A stretch of DNA of 64,000 bases, from contig JBNKUM010000028.1 of NCBI GenBank assembly GCA_050298595.1, positions 1 to 64,000 of the forward strand, in the 5' to 3' direction. The number at the start of each line of letters is the position of its first letter. Position 1 is the first letter of the stretch. The notes beneath the pieces were generated by a model that searched no databases, was not told where the DNA came from, and was given only the letters and a program-made list of their open reading frames with translations. Below, in pieces: positions 1-10,639 of this stretch. The position numbers and the translations under genes were made by a program. The stretch is from Gammaproteobacteria bacterium. GTDB lineage: Bacteria; Pseudomonadota; Gammaproteobacteria; GCA-001735895.

Positions 1-77
1 TATCATTAATTTTGTATGTGATGTTATTCTTTGTCATGTTGACAGTTTTAATAACCATGATAAACCTACCAGAATAA

Positions 78-2138
78 GTGAAAATATTGAAAAACCCATT
101 ATTAGATCAACCAGATTTACCCGCATTTTCGCAGATAACAATCGATATGATAAAACCAGCAATTCAACAGATATTGCTGGAAAATCGCGAGCTTATAAAA
201 CAACTGGAAGATCTACCCGAAGCCGATTGGGAGAATTTAATTCAACCCCTGGAAATAATGGATGACCGCTTAAGTAAAGCGTGGTCACCAGTCAGGCATT
301 TAAATTCGGTAAAAAGCAGTGATGAGTTGCGCGAAGTTTATAATCAGTGTCTTCCCATGTTAAGTGAATACTCAACTGAGGTAGGCCAAAATCAAAAGCT
401 TTATCAAGCCTATAAGACGATTGCGCAAAGTGAAGGTTTTAGCGATTTATCACAGGCCCAGAGAAAAACCATAACTGACTCATTGAAGCATTTTGAACTT
501 GCTGGAGTTGGGCTATCTGGTGCGTCGAAAAAAGAATATCAGAAAATCCAGAAGGAACTGTCTGAATTACAATCCAGATTTGAAAATAATGTACTTGATG
601 CTAACCAGTCCTGGGAAAAAAATCTTCCAGGCGATGAGCGTTTAAGTGGATTGCCAGAATATGCGTTGGCAATGTTGAAACAGAATGCAGAAAGCAAATC
701 ACTGGAAGGTTATCGTATAACACTTGATATGCCCTGTTACATCGCCATGGTAACCCATGCGGATGATCGAGAATTACGCAAAGAAATATATCAGGCCTAC
801 TGTACACGTGCATCAGATCAGGGTTTTACAGATAAAAAATGGGACAATGCTGAAATCATGCTTAATATTTTGAAAAAGCGTCAGCAAAAAGCGAGTCTAC
901 TGGGATTTAGCAGTTATGCTGAACTATCGCTCGAGACTAAAATGGCAAAGGATGTGAAACAGGTGATCGATTTTCTAACGCAGATGGCTGACAAGAGTCA
1001 TGCGGCAGCACAGAAAGAGTATCAACAGCTACAAAATTTCGCTCAGAACAATGGATTAACAGAAGATTTACAGGCCTGGGATATAGCTTATTACAGTGAA
1101 AAACAGAGAGAGCAGTTATTTGAATTTAGTGATGAAATTTTAAAACCCTATTTTTCGGATAACCGAGTTATTCAGGGATTATTCGATATTGTAGAAAAAC
1201 TGTTTCAGATCAATATCAAACAGGTTAAACAGGGTATAGAGTTATGGCATCCAGATGTTCGCTTTTATCAGATATTTGATGAGCAGCAGAATTTAATTGG
1301 ACAATTTTATCTCGATCTTTATGCAAGAGAACATAAGCGTGGCGGTGCCTGGATGGATGAATGCATAAATAGGTATGTAATAGATAATAAAGTCCAGATA
1401 CCAGTGGCTTACTTAACCTGTAACTTAACGCCACCAGTCGGTGACAAACCAGCATTATTCACCCATGACGAAGTAATAACATTGTTTCATGAATTTGGTC
1501 ATGGCATACACCACATGCTGACTCAGGTCGATGTGCCAGAAGTATCAGGAATCAATGGAGTGGAATGGGATGCTGTGGAATTACCCAGCCAGTTTATGGA
1601 AAACTTTTGCTGGGAGCGAGAAGCACTGGATTTATTTGCACGTCACTATCAAACTGGTGAAGCTTTACCCCAGAATCTATATCACAAGATGATTGCAGCT
1701 AAAAACTATCAATCTGCCATGCAAATGGTAAGACAGCTGGAATTCTCAATATTTGATATTAAACTTCACCAAGTGGTAAAAATTGAAACAGTTGAACAGA
1801 TTATGCAAATACTTAAAGAAGTCAGGGAACAGGTAGCAGTGGTTATTCCTCCTTCATTTAATCGCTTTCAGAACAGTTTTACCCATATATTTGCTGGCGG
1901 ATATGCGGCTGGATACTATAGTTACAAATGGGCAGAAGTATTATCGGCAGATGCGTTTTCGCGTTTTGAACAGGAAGGTGTTTTTAACCCGCAAACTGGA
2001 AAGAGTTTTCTTCAGTGTATATTACAGAAAGGTGGGATGCGGCCTGCTCTGGAATCATTTATATGCTTTATGGGTCGTGAGCCCGAGATAGATGCTTTGT
2101 TAAGACATAATGGAATAGAGTCGATATCGGTACAATAA
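78..2138 (+). CDS. prlC: Oligopeptidase A (M3 zinc metallopeptidase)
   Basis: 686 aa; HEFGH zinc motif, 'WDAVELPSQFMEN' and 'HIFAGGYAAGYYSYKWAE' M3A signatures; GTG start. Confidence 0.96.
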   Translation: MKILKNPLLDQPDLPAFSQITIDMIKPAIQQILLENRELIKQLEDLPEADWENLIQPLEIMDDRLSKAWSPVRHLNSVKSSDELREVYNQCLPMLSEYSTEVGQNQKLYQAYKTIAQSEGFSDLSQAQRKTITDSLKHFELAGVGLSGASKKEYQKIQKELSELQSRFENNVLDANQSWEKNLPGDERLSGLPEYALAMLKQNAESKSLEGYRITLDMPCYIAMVTHADDRELRKEIYQAYCTRASDQGFTDKKWDNAEIMLNILKKRQQKASLLGFSSYAELSLETKMAKDVKQVIDFLTQMADKSHAAAQKEYQQLQNFAQNNGLTEDLQAWDIAYYSEKQREQLFEFSDEILKPYFSDNRVIQGLFDIVEKLFQINIKQVKQGIELWHPDVRFYQIFDEQQNLIGQFYLDLYAREHKRGGAWMDECINRYVIDNKVQIPVAYLTCNLTPPVGDKPALFTHDEVITLFHEFGHGIHHMLTQVDVPEVSGINGVEWDAVELPSQFMENFCWEREALDLFARHYQTGEALPQNLYHKMIAAKNYQSAMQMVRQLEFSIFDIKLHQVVKIETVEQIMQILKEVREQVAVVIPPSFNRFQNSFTHIFAGGYAAGYYSYKWAEVLSADAFSRFEQEGVFNPQTGKSFLQCILQKGGMRPALESFICFMGREPEIDALLRHNGIESISVQ

Positions 2139-2139
2139 T

Positions 2140-2820
2140 ATGAATAGATTTAATCGGTGGATGATGGTAATTATGAGCTTGATCAGCTTCTCTGTTCTTG
2201 CTCAAGCCCAGGAACCTGCTACAGAAGAGATAGTGCAGGAAATTAAATATGTCACCGACAAGTTAAGGCTTTCTTTGTATAAAACGGCAAATGGGAATAG
2301 CGGCACGATCAAATTACTGACATCTGGAGATCAACTTAAGCTGTTAGAACGCTCAGGTAATTACAGCAAGGTTAAAACTGATCAAGGCTTAATTGGATGG
2401 GTTAAAACAGGTTTCCTGGTTTCTGAACCAACTGCGAGTTTTCAATTAATTGAAGAAAAGAAAAAAAATGAAATTCTTGTAAGTCAGATAGAAAAATATT
2501 CTGATACACGGGAGCTGGTGGCAGATTATGAAAATACTATCAGCCTGATGAAAGCTGATGAGGCGAAAATGTCTAGCCAAGTCGAAGAACTTCAGAAAAA
2601 TCTACAACAGACACAAGAGACAAACAAAGAGCTAGAACAGGAATTGGAAGATGCTAAACAGGGCAGGATAGGACTTCTGGATATTATCCCTTTTGTTAGC
2701 CAATACTGGTATGTATTAGCAGCTATTATGGTCATATTTGTTTTAAGTGGCTTTTTTGTAGGTAAACGAATGGTTGAGGCTCAGGTTAAAAGACGATTCC
2801 AGGGTGTTAAGGTCTGGTAA
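2140..2820 (+). CDS. SH3-domain membrane-anchored protein (YgiM/TIGR04211-like)
   Basis: Signal peptide, 'YVTDKLRLSL...GWV' SH3b-like domain, coiled coil, C-terminal TM helix. Confidence 0.8.
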   Translation: MNRFNRWMMVIMSLISFSVLAQAQEPATEEIVQEIKYVTDKLRLSLYKTANGNSGTIKLLTSGDQLKLLERSGNYSKVKTDQGLIGWVKTGFLVSEPTASFQLIEEKKKNEILVSQIEKYSDTRELVADYENTISLMKADEAKMSSQVEELQKNLQQTQETNKELEQELEDAKQGRIGLLDIIPFVSQYWYVLAAIMVIFVLSGFFVGKRMVEAQVKRRFQGVKVW

Positions 2821-2829
2821 CCATAGATA

Positions 2830-4302
2830 ATGAAATATCAGGATTTAAGAGACTTCATCCAGGCTCTGGAACAGGATGGCGAACTGGTTAGAGTCGATAA
2901 AAAAGTAGATCCCAACCTTGAAATAACCGAAATATCTGATCGCACATTACGTACTGGTGGCCCAGCATTATTGTTCGAAAAGGCGGGCGATAGCGATATT
3001 CCTCTGTTGGCCAATCTATTTGGTACAGAACAGAGAGTGGCACGGGCTTTAGGAGAGCTTGAAACCACAGCTTTACGTGAGGTGGGTAAATTACTGGCAT
3101 TTCTAAAAGAACCTGAGCCACCTAAAGGCTTTAAAGAAGCGCTGTCTACACTACCGATCTATCGTAAAATTCTCGATATGTCGCCAAAGGTCGTGAAAAA
3201 GCCGGTATGTCAGCAAATAGTCTATAAAGCGGATGAAGTAGACTTATCCATGTTACCAATCCAGACCTGTTGGCCGGGTGATGCAGGCCCCTTGATCACC
3301 TGGGGGTTAGTCACCACTCGGGGACCCTATAAAGATCGGCAGAATATGGGGATTTATCGTCAGCAGGTAATCGCTAAAAATAAGGTGATCATGCGCTGGT
3401 TATCACATCGAGGCGGAGCTCTTGATTATCAGGAATGGTTACAACAAAAACCGGAGGAGCCTTTTCCGGTTACGGTAACTTTGGGATGTGATCCAGCAAC
3501 GATTCTGTCGGCGGTTACCCCTATACCCGATAATCTGTCTGAATACGCGTTTGCCGGATTGTTGCGCGGCAGTAAAACTGAATTAGCAAAGTCAATACTG
3601 TCTGATCTGCAAATTCCTGCACGCGCAGAAATTGTACTGGAAGGTTTTATCTATCCTGGGGAGCAGGCACAGGAAGGTCCGTTTGGAGATCACACTGGAT
3701 ATTACAACGAAGTCGATAGCTTCCCCGTTTTTACCATAGAAACAATCTCCACCCGTGAGAACCCCATTTATCACAGCACCTATACCGGTCGACCACCTGA
3801 TGAACCCGCGATTTTAGGTCTGGCGCTGAATGAAGTGTTTATCCCTATTTTGCAGAAACAGTTTCCTGAAATTATAGATTTTTATCTACCACCAGAGGGC
3901 TGCTCATACCGGGTGGCCATTGTCAGTATGAAAAAACAATACCCCGGTCATGCCAAACGCGTGATGATGGGTGTGTGGTCATTTCTGCGCCAATTTATGT
4001 ACACTAAATTTGTCATCGTAGTGGATGATGATGTAGATACGCGTAACTGGCAGGATGTGATCTGGGCGATATCTACTCGGGTTGATCCAGCAAGGGATAT
4101 AACCCTGGTAGAAAATACTCCCATCGATTATCTCGATTTCGCCTCACCTGTATCAGGTTTAGGTTCCAAAATGGGCCTGGACGCCACTAATAAGTGGTCC
4201 GGAGAAACTACCAGAGAATGGGGTGTACCTATTCATATGGATGCTGCAGTAAAACAAAGAGTCGATGAGATCTGGGATGAACTGGGTATTCCATCAAAAT
4301 AA
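2830..4302 (+). CDS. ubiD: 4-hydroxy-3-polyprenylbenzoate decarboxylase
   Basis: '[10 protein letters not shown]' N-terminus, '[11 protein letters not shown]', 'GRPPDEP', '[10 protein letters not shown]'. Confidence 0.97.
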   Translation: MKYQDLRDFIQALEQDGELVRVDKKVDPNLEITEISDRTLRTGGPALLFEKAGDSDIPLLANLFGTEQRVARALGELETTALREVGKLLAFLKEPEPPKGFKEALSTLPIYRKILDMSPKVVKKPVCQQIVYKADEVDLSMLPIQTCWPGDAGPLITWGLVTTRGPYKDRQNMGIYRQQVIAKNKVIMRWLSHRGGALDYQEWLQQKPEEPFPVTVTLGCDPATILSAVTPIPDNLSEYAFAGLLRGSKTELAKSILSDLQIPARAEIVLEGFIYPGEQAQEGPFGDHTGYYNEVDSFPVFTIETISTRENPIYHSTYTGRPPDEPAILGLALNEVFIPILQKQFPEIIDFYLPPEGCSYRVAIVSMKKQYPGHAKRVMMGVWSFLRQFMYTKFVIVVDDDVDTRNWQDVIWAISTRVDPARDITLVENTPIDYLDFASPVSGLGSKMGLDATNKWSGETTREWGVPIHMDAAVKQRVDEIWDELGIPSK

Positions 4303-4390
4303 AAATTGAATGAACTTGAGAATTTTTTTCCAGAAGACTATCTTTATTTGACTATCAGTCAAAAACAAAATAAAGAATGAGGAATGACGG

Positions 4391-5038
4391 ATGAGATCTA
4401 TCATGGTTTTAAATGCCAAGGGCGGATCGGGGAAAAGTACCGTAGCAACCAATCTTGCCAGCTATTACGCCTCTATTGGGCAAAAGGTGATGCTGGTAGA
4501 TTATGATCCACAACATTCAAGCCTGGACTGGTTGAAAGAACGCCCATCAGGCAGACATGCTATTAACGCATTAGATGGTAGCGCCGGTAATTTTCGAACC
4601 CCGCGTAATATAGATTTTGTGATCTACGATACCCCAGCCGCAGTACGAGGTAAGGAGCTAACTGCCCTGCTGCGTAAAGCTGAATCTGTCATCGTACCTG
4701 TTTTACCCTCACCTATTGATATGCGCGCTGCGACAGAGTTTATTCGTCAAGTTTTAGCGAATGGTCGAGTAAGTCGCAAAGAAGTCCGCCTGGCGCTAGT
4801 AGCTAATCGTTGCCGCGAAAATACTAATGTGTATCACCAGTTGGAGTCATATCTCAGTAAAATAAAAAAAGTCCCATTCATCTCAGTACTACGTGAAACG
4901 CAAAACTATAATCGTGCTGCTGAACGAGGATTGGGTGTCTTCGAATTACCACCCTACCAGATATCACGCGATCTTGAACAATGGGATCCCATTATCAAGT
5001 GGTTAAATAGCAAGCGTAGTCGAGCAGTAAACTCCTGA
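4391..5038 (+). CDS. ParA/MinD-family ATPase (orphan, no adjacent parB)
   Basis: Deviant Walker A 'KGGSGKST', 'DYDPQ', 'DTP'. Confidence 0.88.
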   Translation: MRSIMVLNAKGGSGKSTVATNLASYYASIGQKVMLVDYDPQHSSLDWLKERPSGRHAINALDGSAGNFRTPRNIDFVIYDTPAAVRGKELTALLRKAESVIVPVLPSPIDMRAATEFIRQVLANGRVSRKEVRLALVANRCRENTNVYHQLESYLSKIKKVPFISVLRETQNYNRAAERGLGVFELPPYQISRDLEQWDPIIKWLNSKRSRAVNS

Positions 5039-5128
5039 TAACCTTATTCGTATAAGAAGAATCTTATACTTTATTAATCGGGATAAAACACTTAGACTCT
5101 GACGCTTGTTTGATCTGGCTTTAACCTT

Positions 5129-6169
5129 ATGTCTTTTGTTGTCACTATCGCTGAACAGAATTTAACCTTTTCCTGTGAAGAAAACCAAACCATCCTAGAT
5201 GCTGCGCTGGCAGAAGGAATCACTATTTCGTATGGCTGCCGCAATGGTTTTTGTGGATCCTGCAAAGGGCAACTTATCAGTGGGCAGATAGATTATCCAG
5301 AAGGACAGCCCGGTGGCATTCAAAAACAGGAAATGGACCAGGGCGAAACCCTGTTTTGCAAAGCTGTTCCAGTATCGGATATAACAATCGAAGTTAAGGT
5401 GGTGGAGCCTCAGCCAGAAATTGTTGTGAAAACACTACCCTGTAAAGTTGCAGAGGTTGATCATCTATCGGATGATGTGATTAAACTTATATTGCAATTA
5501 CCTGCTATGGAGACATTCCATTTCAAGGCGGGACAATGGATTTATTTCTTATTGAAGGATGGCCGCAAAAGAGCATTTTCATTAGCTAATTCACCCAACG
5601 AAAAGAATGAACTCGAAATACAAATTCGTCATGCTGTTGGTGGTGTATTTACGGACTTTGTATTTAACGAATTAAAGGTTGGTGCCATGCTGCGTATTGA
5701 AGGTCCGCATGGTACATTCTGGTATCAACATGATGACTGCCCTATACTGCTGGTGGCTGGTGGTACTGGTTTTGCTCCAATTAAAGGTATTTTCGAAGAA
5801 ATCAGCCAGCAAGGTAGTGAACAACCTATCCATCTGTTCTGGGGTTCCAGGGCTAAAAAAGACCTTTATCAGGAACAACTGGTTCATCAATGGGTAGATG
5901 ATTATTCCATTCAATACACCCCGGTGCTTTCCGATCCAGATGCTAATGACGATTGGCAGGGTGAAACCGGATTTGTGCATCATTCTGTACTTAAAGCATA
6001 TCCTGATCTAAGTGGTTATGCGGTGTATATGGCAGGCCCACCACAGATGATAGCGTCCTGTAGAGATAGCTTTATCGCAGCTGGGCTCGATGTGAACCGT
6101 CTTTATTATGATTCTTTTGATTATTCAACCGATGCATTAACAGCAATGCAGGGAGAAAAAAATGGATAA
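5129..6169 (+). CDS. 2Fe-2S ferredoxin-NAD(P)H reductase (CDP-6-deoxy-delta-3,4-glucoseen reductase-like)
   Basis: CRNGFCGSC...C 2Fe-2S motif, 'RAFSLAN' FAD motif, 'AGGTGFAP' NAD motif; this family is commonly near ubiD. Confidence 0.88.
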   Translation: MSFVVTIAEQNLTFSCEENQTILDAALAEGITISYGCRNGFCGSCKGQLISGQIDYPEGQPGGIQKQEMDQGETLFCKAVPVSDITIEVKVVEPQPEIVVKTLPCKVAEVDHLSDDVIKLILQLPAMETFHFKAGQWIYFLLKDGRKRAFSLANSPNEKNELEIQIRHAVGGVFTDFVFNELKVGAMLRIEGPHGTFWYQHDDCPILLVAGGTGFAPIKGIFEEISQQGSEQPIHLFWGSRAKKDLYQEQLVHQWVDDYSIQYTPVLSDPDANDDWQGETGFVHHSVLKAYPDLSGYAVYMAGPPQMIASCRDSFIAAGLDVNRLYYDSFDYSTDALTAMQGEKNG

Positions 6170-6287
6170 TTCGATACTTCTTATAGTGATTGGATCTTCA
6201 GTACTGTTTATCGCAGTTGTAGTATGGAAAATACTCTGGCTGCTGAAAAAAATGAATTCAGAGCAAGCAACCGAAGAGTCTGATTAA
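6162..6287 (+). CDS. Small single-TM membrane protein, 41 aa (absent from ORF track)
   Basis: GGAG at 6152-6155, ATG overlapping the reductase end; MDNSILLIVIGSSVLFIAVVVWKILWLLKKMNSEQATEESD; stop overlaps rmuC stop (TTAA). Confidence 0.6.
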   Translation: MDNSILLIVIGSSVLFIAVVVWKILWLLKKMNSEQATEESD

Positions 6288-7720
6288 TCTTCAGACTGAT
6301 GCTCGATTAAATCCAGCTCCAGGCGTGCTTTTTCAAGCATTTCTGGGGGCATCTCTTTTTGTACAGAAACGCCCAGTTTCTGAAAGTCCTCCACTCGCTT
6401 GACCAGATTACCCTTGCCTGAAATAAACTGTTTGAGCGCTAAATCATAAGTTTGTCTGGATTTATCCAGCTGTTTTCCCAGTGCATCCATACTTTCAAGA
6501 AATAATCTCAACTGGTTGTAAACCTTGCTCGCCTCTTCTGCCAGACGTGCACTGTATTTATTCTGATCTTCAAAACGCCATAGCTGGCGCACTATATTTA
6601 AACTGGTCAGTAAGGTTGTGGGTGTTGTTACCAGAACCTGTTTATCTATGGCCAGCTGAAATAAGTTCTCATCAGCACGGATCGCCTCAACAAAAGCTGA
6701 TTCTATAGGCACGAACATGAACACCATTTCGGGGGATTTCAGGCCAGGTAATTCAAAATAGTTTTTATCAGACAATTCCTTGATACGCGAAGACAGTGCC
6801 AGAATATGTTCCTTTAAAGCCTGCGCCCGATCAATATCAGTTTCAGCATTAACATATCGAGTGTAGGCATTCAGTGAAACCTTGGAATCAATGATCAAAT
6901 GCTTTTCATCCGGTAGATATACAATCACATCAGGTCGTTTACGTCCATCCTGGGTATTAATACTGACTTCACGTTTGTAATCCTTATCAAGCTGTAAACC
7001 AGATCGATCAAGCACATTCTCGAGTATTAACTCACCCCAGTTACCCTGTGTTTTTTTCTGACCTTTTAAAGCGGTGGATAACTGATGAGCTTCCTCGGTC
7101 ATCTGCAGATTCAATTTTTGCAGGTTTTTAAGCTCGGTTTTTAATTCTTCCCGTTGTTTTAAATCGTTGGTATGTATGGTTTCAACCTTCAGATTAAAGT
7201 CAGAAATTTGCTGTCGAAATGGTTGCAGGAAGTTCTCCATACCTTCACGGCTGGATTGAGTAAATTCCTGCTGGGTAGATTTAAGAATTTGTTGAGCCAG
7301 GATTTCAAACTCCTTCTTCAACTGCAAACGGCTGTTTTCAAGTTGTTGCAGCTTTTCATCATGATGCTTTCTTTCCTGCTGCTGTAAAACCTGTAGCTGT
7401 TGTGCGAGACTTTGTGCCTTATTCAACTCACTGGATAATTGATCATTATGATGTGTTAGCTTATTGTTCTGTTGCTGAATATCGCTAAATGATTGTTGCA
7501 AATGCTGTATCTGTTGATGAGCCAGCGCATTCTGGGTAGCACTATCCTGAAAGTGGTCGTTTAAATCGTTTAATTGTGTGAGCGCATCTTCATTCTGTTC
7601 ACGTAACTGGCTAACGGTACGTTCGCGAAAAATGGCACAGATGCCATAAACTACTATCGAGCTAATCAATGCAGGCAGGCAGATCAGAAGGAGATAAAAC
7701 TGTTGCTCTGTAAGTGTCAT
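6284..7720 (-). CDS. rmuC: DNA recombination protein RmuC
   Basis: N-terminal TM, coiled coil, 'QGNWGE', 'RPDVIVYLP...IIDSK', 'MFVPIE'; start placed at MTLTEQQ (track gives 7786). Confidence 0.93.
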   Translation of the reverse strand: MTLTEQQFYLLLICLPALISSIVVYGICAIFRERTVSQLREQNEDALTQLNDLNDHFQDSATQNALAHQQIQHLQQSFSDIQQQNNKLTHHNDQLSSELNKAQSLAQQLQVLQQQERKHHDEKLQQLENSRLQLKKEFEILAQQILKSTQQEFTQSSREGMENFLQPFRQQISDFNLKVETIHTNDLKQREELKTELKNLQKLNLQMTEEAHQLSTALKGQKKTQGNWGELILENVLDRSGLQLDKDYKREVSINTQDGRKRPDVIVYLPDEKHLIIDSKVSLNAYTRYVNAETDIDRAQALKEHILALSSRIKELSDKNYFELPGLKSPEMVFMFVPIESAFVEAIRADENLFQLAIDKQVLVTTPTTLLTSLNIVRQLWRFEDQNKYSARLAEEASKVYNQLRLFLESMDALGKQLDKSRQTYDLALKQFISGKGNLVKRVEDFQKLGVSVQKEMPPEMLEKARLELDLIEHQSED

Positions 7721-7880
7721 ATAAATGAACGTAGGCCAGGAAGCGCAATTGTAACAGTTTTGGAAATAATCAGCAGTGGTCATCAATTGTCACTGATGAG
7801 TGAAAAAATACTCCAGTCGAGAGAGTAAAAATCCGGCATGTTTCTGCTATGCTCAACTGAGTTTAATAAAGGAAAGATCT

Positions 7881-8759
7881 ATGGAATCTTCAACTATTAC
7901 GCTGCAATCACTACTTTCAAGAGAAAGTGAGCTCGCTTCTTTACCCGAGATATATATACGAATATCCGATTTACTGGATAGTGAAACAGCAACATCAGCT
8001 CAGATTGGACAGGTAGTTGAAACCGATCCAGCGTTGAGTCTGCGCATATTAAAGATGGTGAATAGCGCGTTTTATGGCTTTTCTCATAAGGTCGACAGTA
8101 TCGCTCAGGCGATCACCATACTGGGACGCGAACGTCTGAAACAGATACTGATAGGTTCTGTACTCAGTGGCGTGTTCGGAAAAATGGAAAATCCTGTATT
8201 TCACATGGAAGACTTCTGGCGCCATAGTGTCAAAACCGCGATTCTTGCTCGATATCTCAGTCTGCAGACAGATTGTTCCCAACATTCAGACACCCTTTTT
8301 ACGGCAGGTCTTTTACATGATATTGGCCGTTTGATTATGGCCAAAATGATTCCCGAGCAAACAAAACAGATTCTGGATGCTGTTGATATAGAGGATGGAG
8401 ACCTCTACCACGCAGAAGAGAGGATATTGGGATTTACCCATTGCGATGTTGGCGCAGGGTTTATCAAAAAATGGGGATTACCAGATATATTGGCTTCAGC
8501 AGCCCAATCTCACCATAACCCCCAGTCAATTACTGAATATATTCTTGAAACCGGCATTATCTATGTTGCTAATAATTTGAATTTTCTGATAGCTCCAATT
8601 GAGGAAGAAGAAGTCGAATATGCCTTGCAGGATATTCCAGGGTGGAAAGATTATGGGCTATCTCTGGAGAATATAACTGCAGCCTGTATTATTGCCGAGG
8701 AGCAGGTACATGAAGTGATGGATTCATTAGGTATGACGCAAATGAAAATAGAGGGCTAA
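7881..8759 (+). CDS. HDOD-domain protein
   Basis: 'LASLP', 'DPALSLRILKMVNS', 'FWRHS', 'GLLHDIG', 'THCDVG'; AGGA RBS before ATG 7881. Confidence 0.9.
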   Translation: MESSTITLQSLLSRESELASLPEIYIRISDLLDSETATSAQIGQVVETDPALSLRILKMVNSAFYGFSHKVDSIAQAITILGRERLKQILIGSVLSGVFGKMENPVFHMEDFWRHSVKTAILARYLSLQTDCSQHSDTLFTAGLLHDIGRLIMAKMIPEQTKQILDAVDIEDGDLYHAEERILGFTHCDVGAGFIKKWGLPDILASAAQSHHNPQSITEYILETGIIYVANNLNFLIAPIEEEEVEYALQDIPGWKDYGLSLENITAACIIAEEQVHEVMDSLGMTQMKIEG

Positions 8760-8849
8760 GGGGCCTCTAAAAATATAAATTGATAAAATAAACTGGATTT
8801 TTAAGCTATAAAGTAGAATCGCAAAATAATAGAAAGGGAATGTGAAAAA

Positions 8850-9773
8850 ATGGCGTATATGACTGATTTTACGACAGATTCCAGGGCTCTAGATAGTTGG
8901 AAAGTTTTAATTGCGGATGATGAACAAATTATCCACGATGTGACAGCTTTGTCGTTAAAACGCTTTATATTCCACAACAAACCGATCAGTTTTTATCATG
9001 CCTATAGCGGTATAGAAGCAGGAGAAATGCTCAGGCAGAATCCAGATATGGCTATTGCCCTGCTGGATGTGGTGATGGAAACCGACGATGCGGGATTACA
9101 GGTTGCCCGTTATATCCGAGAAGAACTCAATAATCCTTTTGTACGCATCATTATCCGCACCGGCCTTCCTGATGCCGCTCCAGAAGAAAGTATAATCCGC
9201 GACTATGACATCAACGATTACAAGTCTAAAAACGAACTTACCATCCAGAAGTTGAAAACCAGTATGTATACATCATTGCGTATGTATCATGATTTAATCA
9301 ATCTGGATAAGCAACGAACTGTTTTACAAAGACTTATAGATTCAGCAGCCAATCTGTTTGAACATAATCAGGTTGAAGAGTTTATCTCAGACATAAGAGT
9401 TCAGATTGGAAAAGTACTTGGAATGGAAAGTAGAAAACATACCTTCCTGCTGGCCGCCTGCAAGAAAGGACAGTCAGGTTGTTTACCACAAATTTTATCC
9501 GGAAATGGACGGTTTGCCAGTTTAACAGGCCTGAGTATTGACAGTGTGCTGAGCATGGAAGACATGAATATCATCAAAAATGCGATTATTAAAAAGGAAA
9601 CCGTCATCGAAGATGGCAAAGCTGTTTTTCTATCTGCAAATAAACAGGGCTATTATGGTTTAATCTATTTTGCTGAAATTGAGCACTTATCCAGTAGTAA
9701 CTTTGATTTAATGCAGTTGTTTAGTCGTAATATTTCGATGGTATACAATAGTCTTTGTTTTCAATCTGGATAG
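8850..9773 (+). CDS. Response regulator receiver + DUF3369 protein, no output domain
   Basis: 'WKVLIADDE', 'LLDVVMETDDAGL', 'IIRTG', 'YDINDYKSK' typical of REC-DUF3369 proteins. Confidence 0.82.
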   Translation: MAYMTDFTTDSRALDSWKVLIADDEQIIHDVTALSLKRFIFHNKPISFYHAYSGIEAGEMLRQNPDMAIALLDVVMETDDAGLQVARYIREELNNPFVRIIIRTGLPDAAPEESIIRDYDINDYKSKNELTIQKLKTSMYTSLRMYHDLINLDKQRTVLQRLIDSAANLFEHNQVEEFISDIRVQIGKVLGMESRKHTFLLAACKKGQSGCLPQILSGNGRFASLTGLSIDSVLSMEDMNIIKNAIIKKETVIEDGKAVFLSANKQGYYGLIYFAEIEHLSSSNFDLMQLFSRNISMVYNSLCFQSG

Positions 9774-9899
9774 ACCTTTCGCAGCAAAATTGTGTCTAAA
9801 CCACATTAAAACGTAATCTATGCCTGAAATCGTTGATTGTGATACGTTCTCGGCTAACCCATAATCCTAATACTGAAATAACTACTGGTAAGTCACTCA

Positions 9900-10541
9900 A
9901 TGATTGAGCTTTTATTCCAGGGCCACGTGATGGTTTTTGTTTTCATCCTGTTCTGCCTGATATTTTCTTTGACATTTCACGAATATGGCCATGGCATCAT
10001 GGCGAAATACTTTGGCGATCGTACCGCTGAATTGCAAGGGCGCTTAACCTTAAATCCAATACCGCATATCGACCCGATGGGATTATTGATGGTTATCATG
10101 ATTGGTTTTGGTTTCGCCAAACCCGTACCTACGGATCCTCGTAACTACAGCTCACGTTGGGGAATATTTTTTGTAGCTGCTGCTGGCCCAATGATGAATC
10201 TACTGCTCGCATTTGTCGCAGTGAATCTATATGGTCTGGGCTTAATGCTTGGGTTGCCCTTATTCGAAGGACAGGCTGCAAATATGTTTTTCATATATCT
10301 GGCCAATATCAACATGTTATTAATGTTGTTCAATCTTATTCCTATCGGCCCGCTGGATGGACATTATATCCTGCCATTTTTGCTGCCACCGCGCATGGCG
10401 AGATATTATCACTACTATAATGATCGCTATGGTCATTGGGTTCTATTATCAATTATTGGATTATCGCTAATGGGAGTACCCATCTTTCAGAATATTATGG
10501 GCCTAAGCCAATATATGCTGAGCTATATTATTTTGTTTTAA
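9900..10541 (+). CDS. Site-2 protease family (M50) zinc metalloprotease
   Basis: HEYGH, 'GRLTLNP', 'AAAGP', 'FNLIPIGPLDG'. Confidence 0.92.
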   Translation: MIELLFQGHVMVFVFILFCLIFSLTFHEYGHGIMAKYFGDRTAELQGRLTLNPIPHIDPMGLLMVIMIGFGFAKPVPTDPRNYSSRWGIFFVAAAGPMMNLLLAFVAVNLYGLGLMLGLPLFEGQAANMFFIYLANINMLLMLFNLIPIGPLDGHYILPFLLPPRMARYYHYYNDRYGHWVLLSIIGLSLMGVPIFQNIMGLSQYMLSYIILF

Positions 10542-10639
10542 TTATCGATTCTCGGTATAAAGGTTATTAAAAATAATAATAGTGATACGGCAAAAGTGTT
10601 ATACGATGGTTAATCTAGATTAATTTTTTAAAGAACTGT

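Noticed and set aside
4391-5038. ParA as evidence of a plasmid or prophage partition system
   Set aside because: No parB, parS or mobile genes; embedded among housekeeping genes
8756-8775. TAAGGGGCCTCTAAAAAT resembling an IS/MITE terminus
   Set aside because: No matching inverted end or second copy seen in the window
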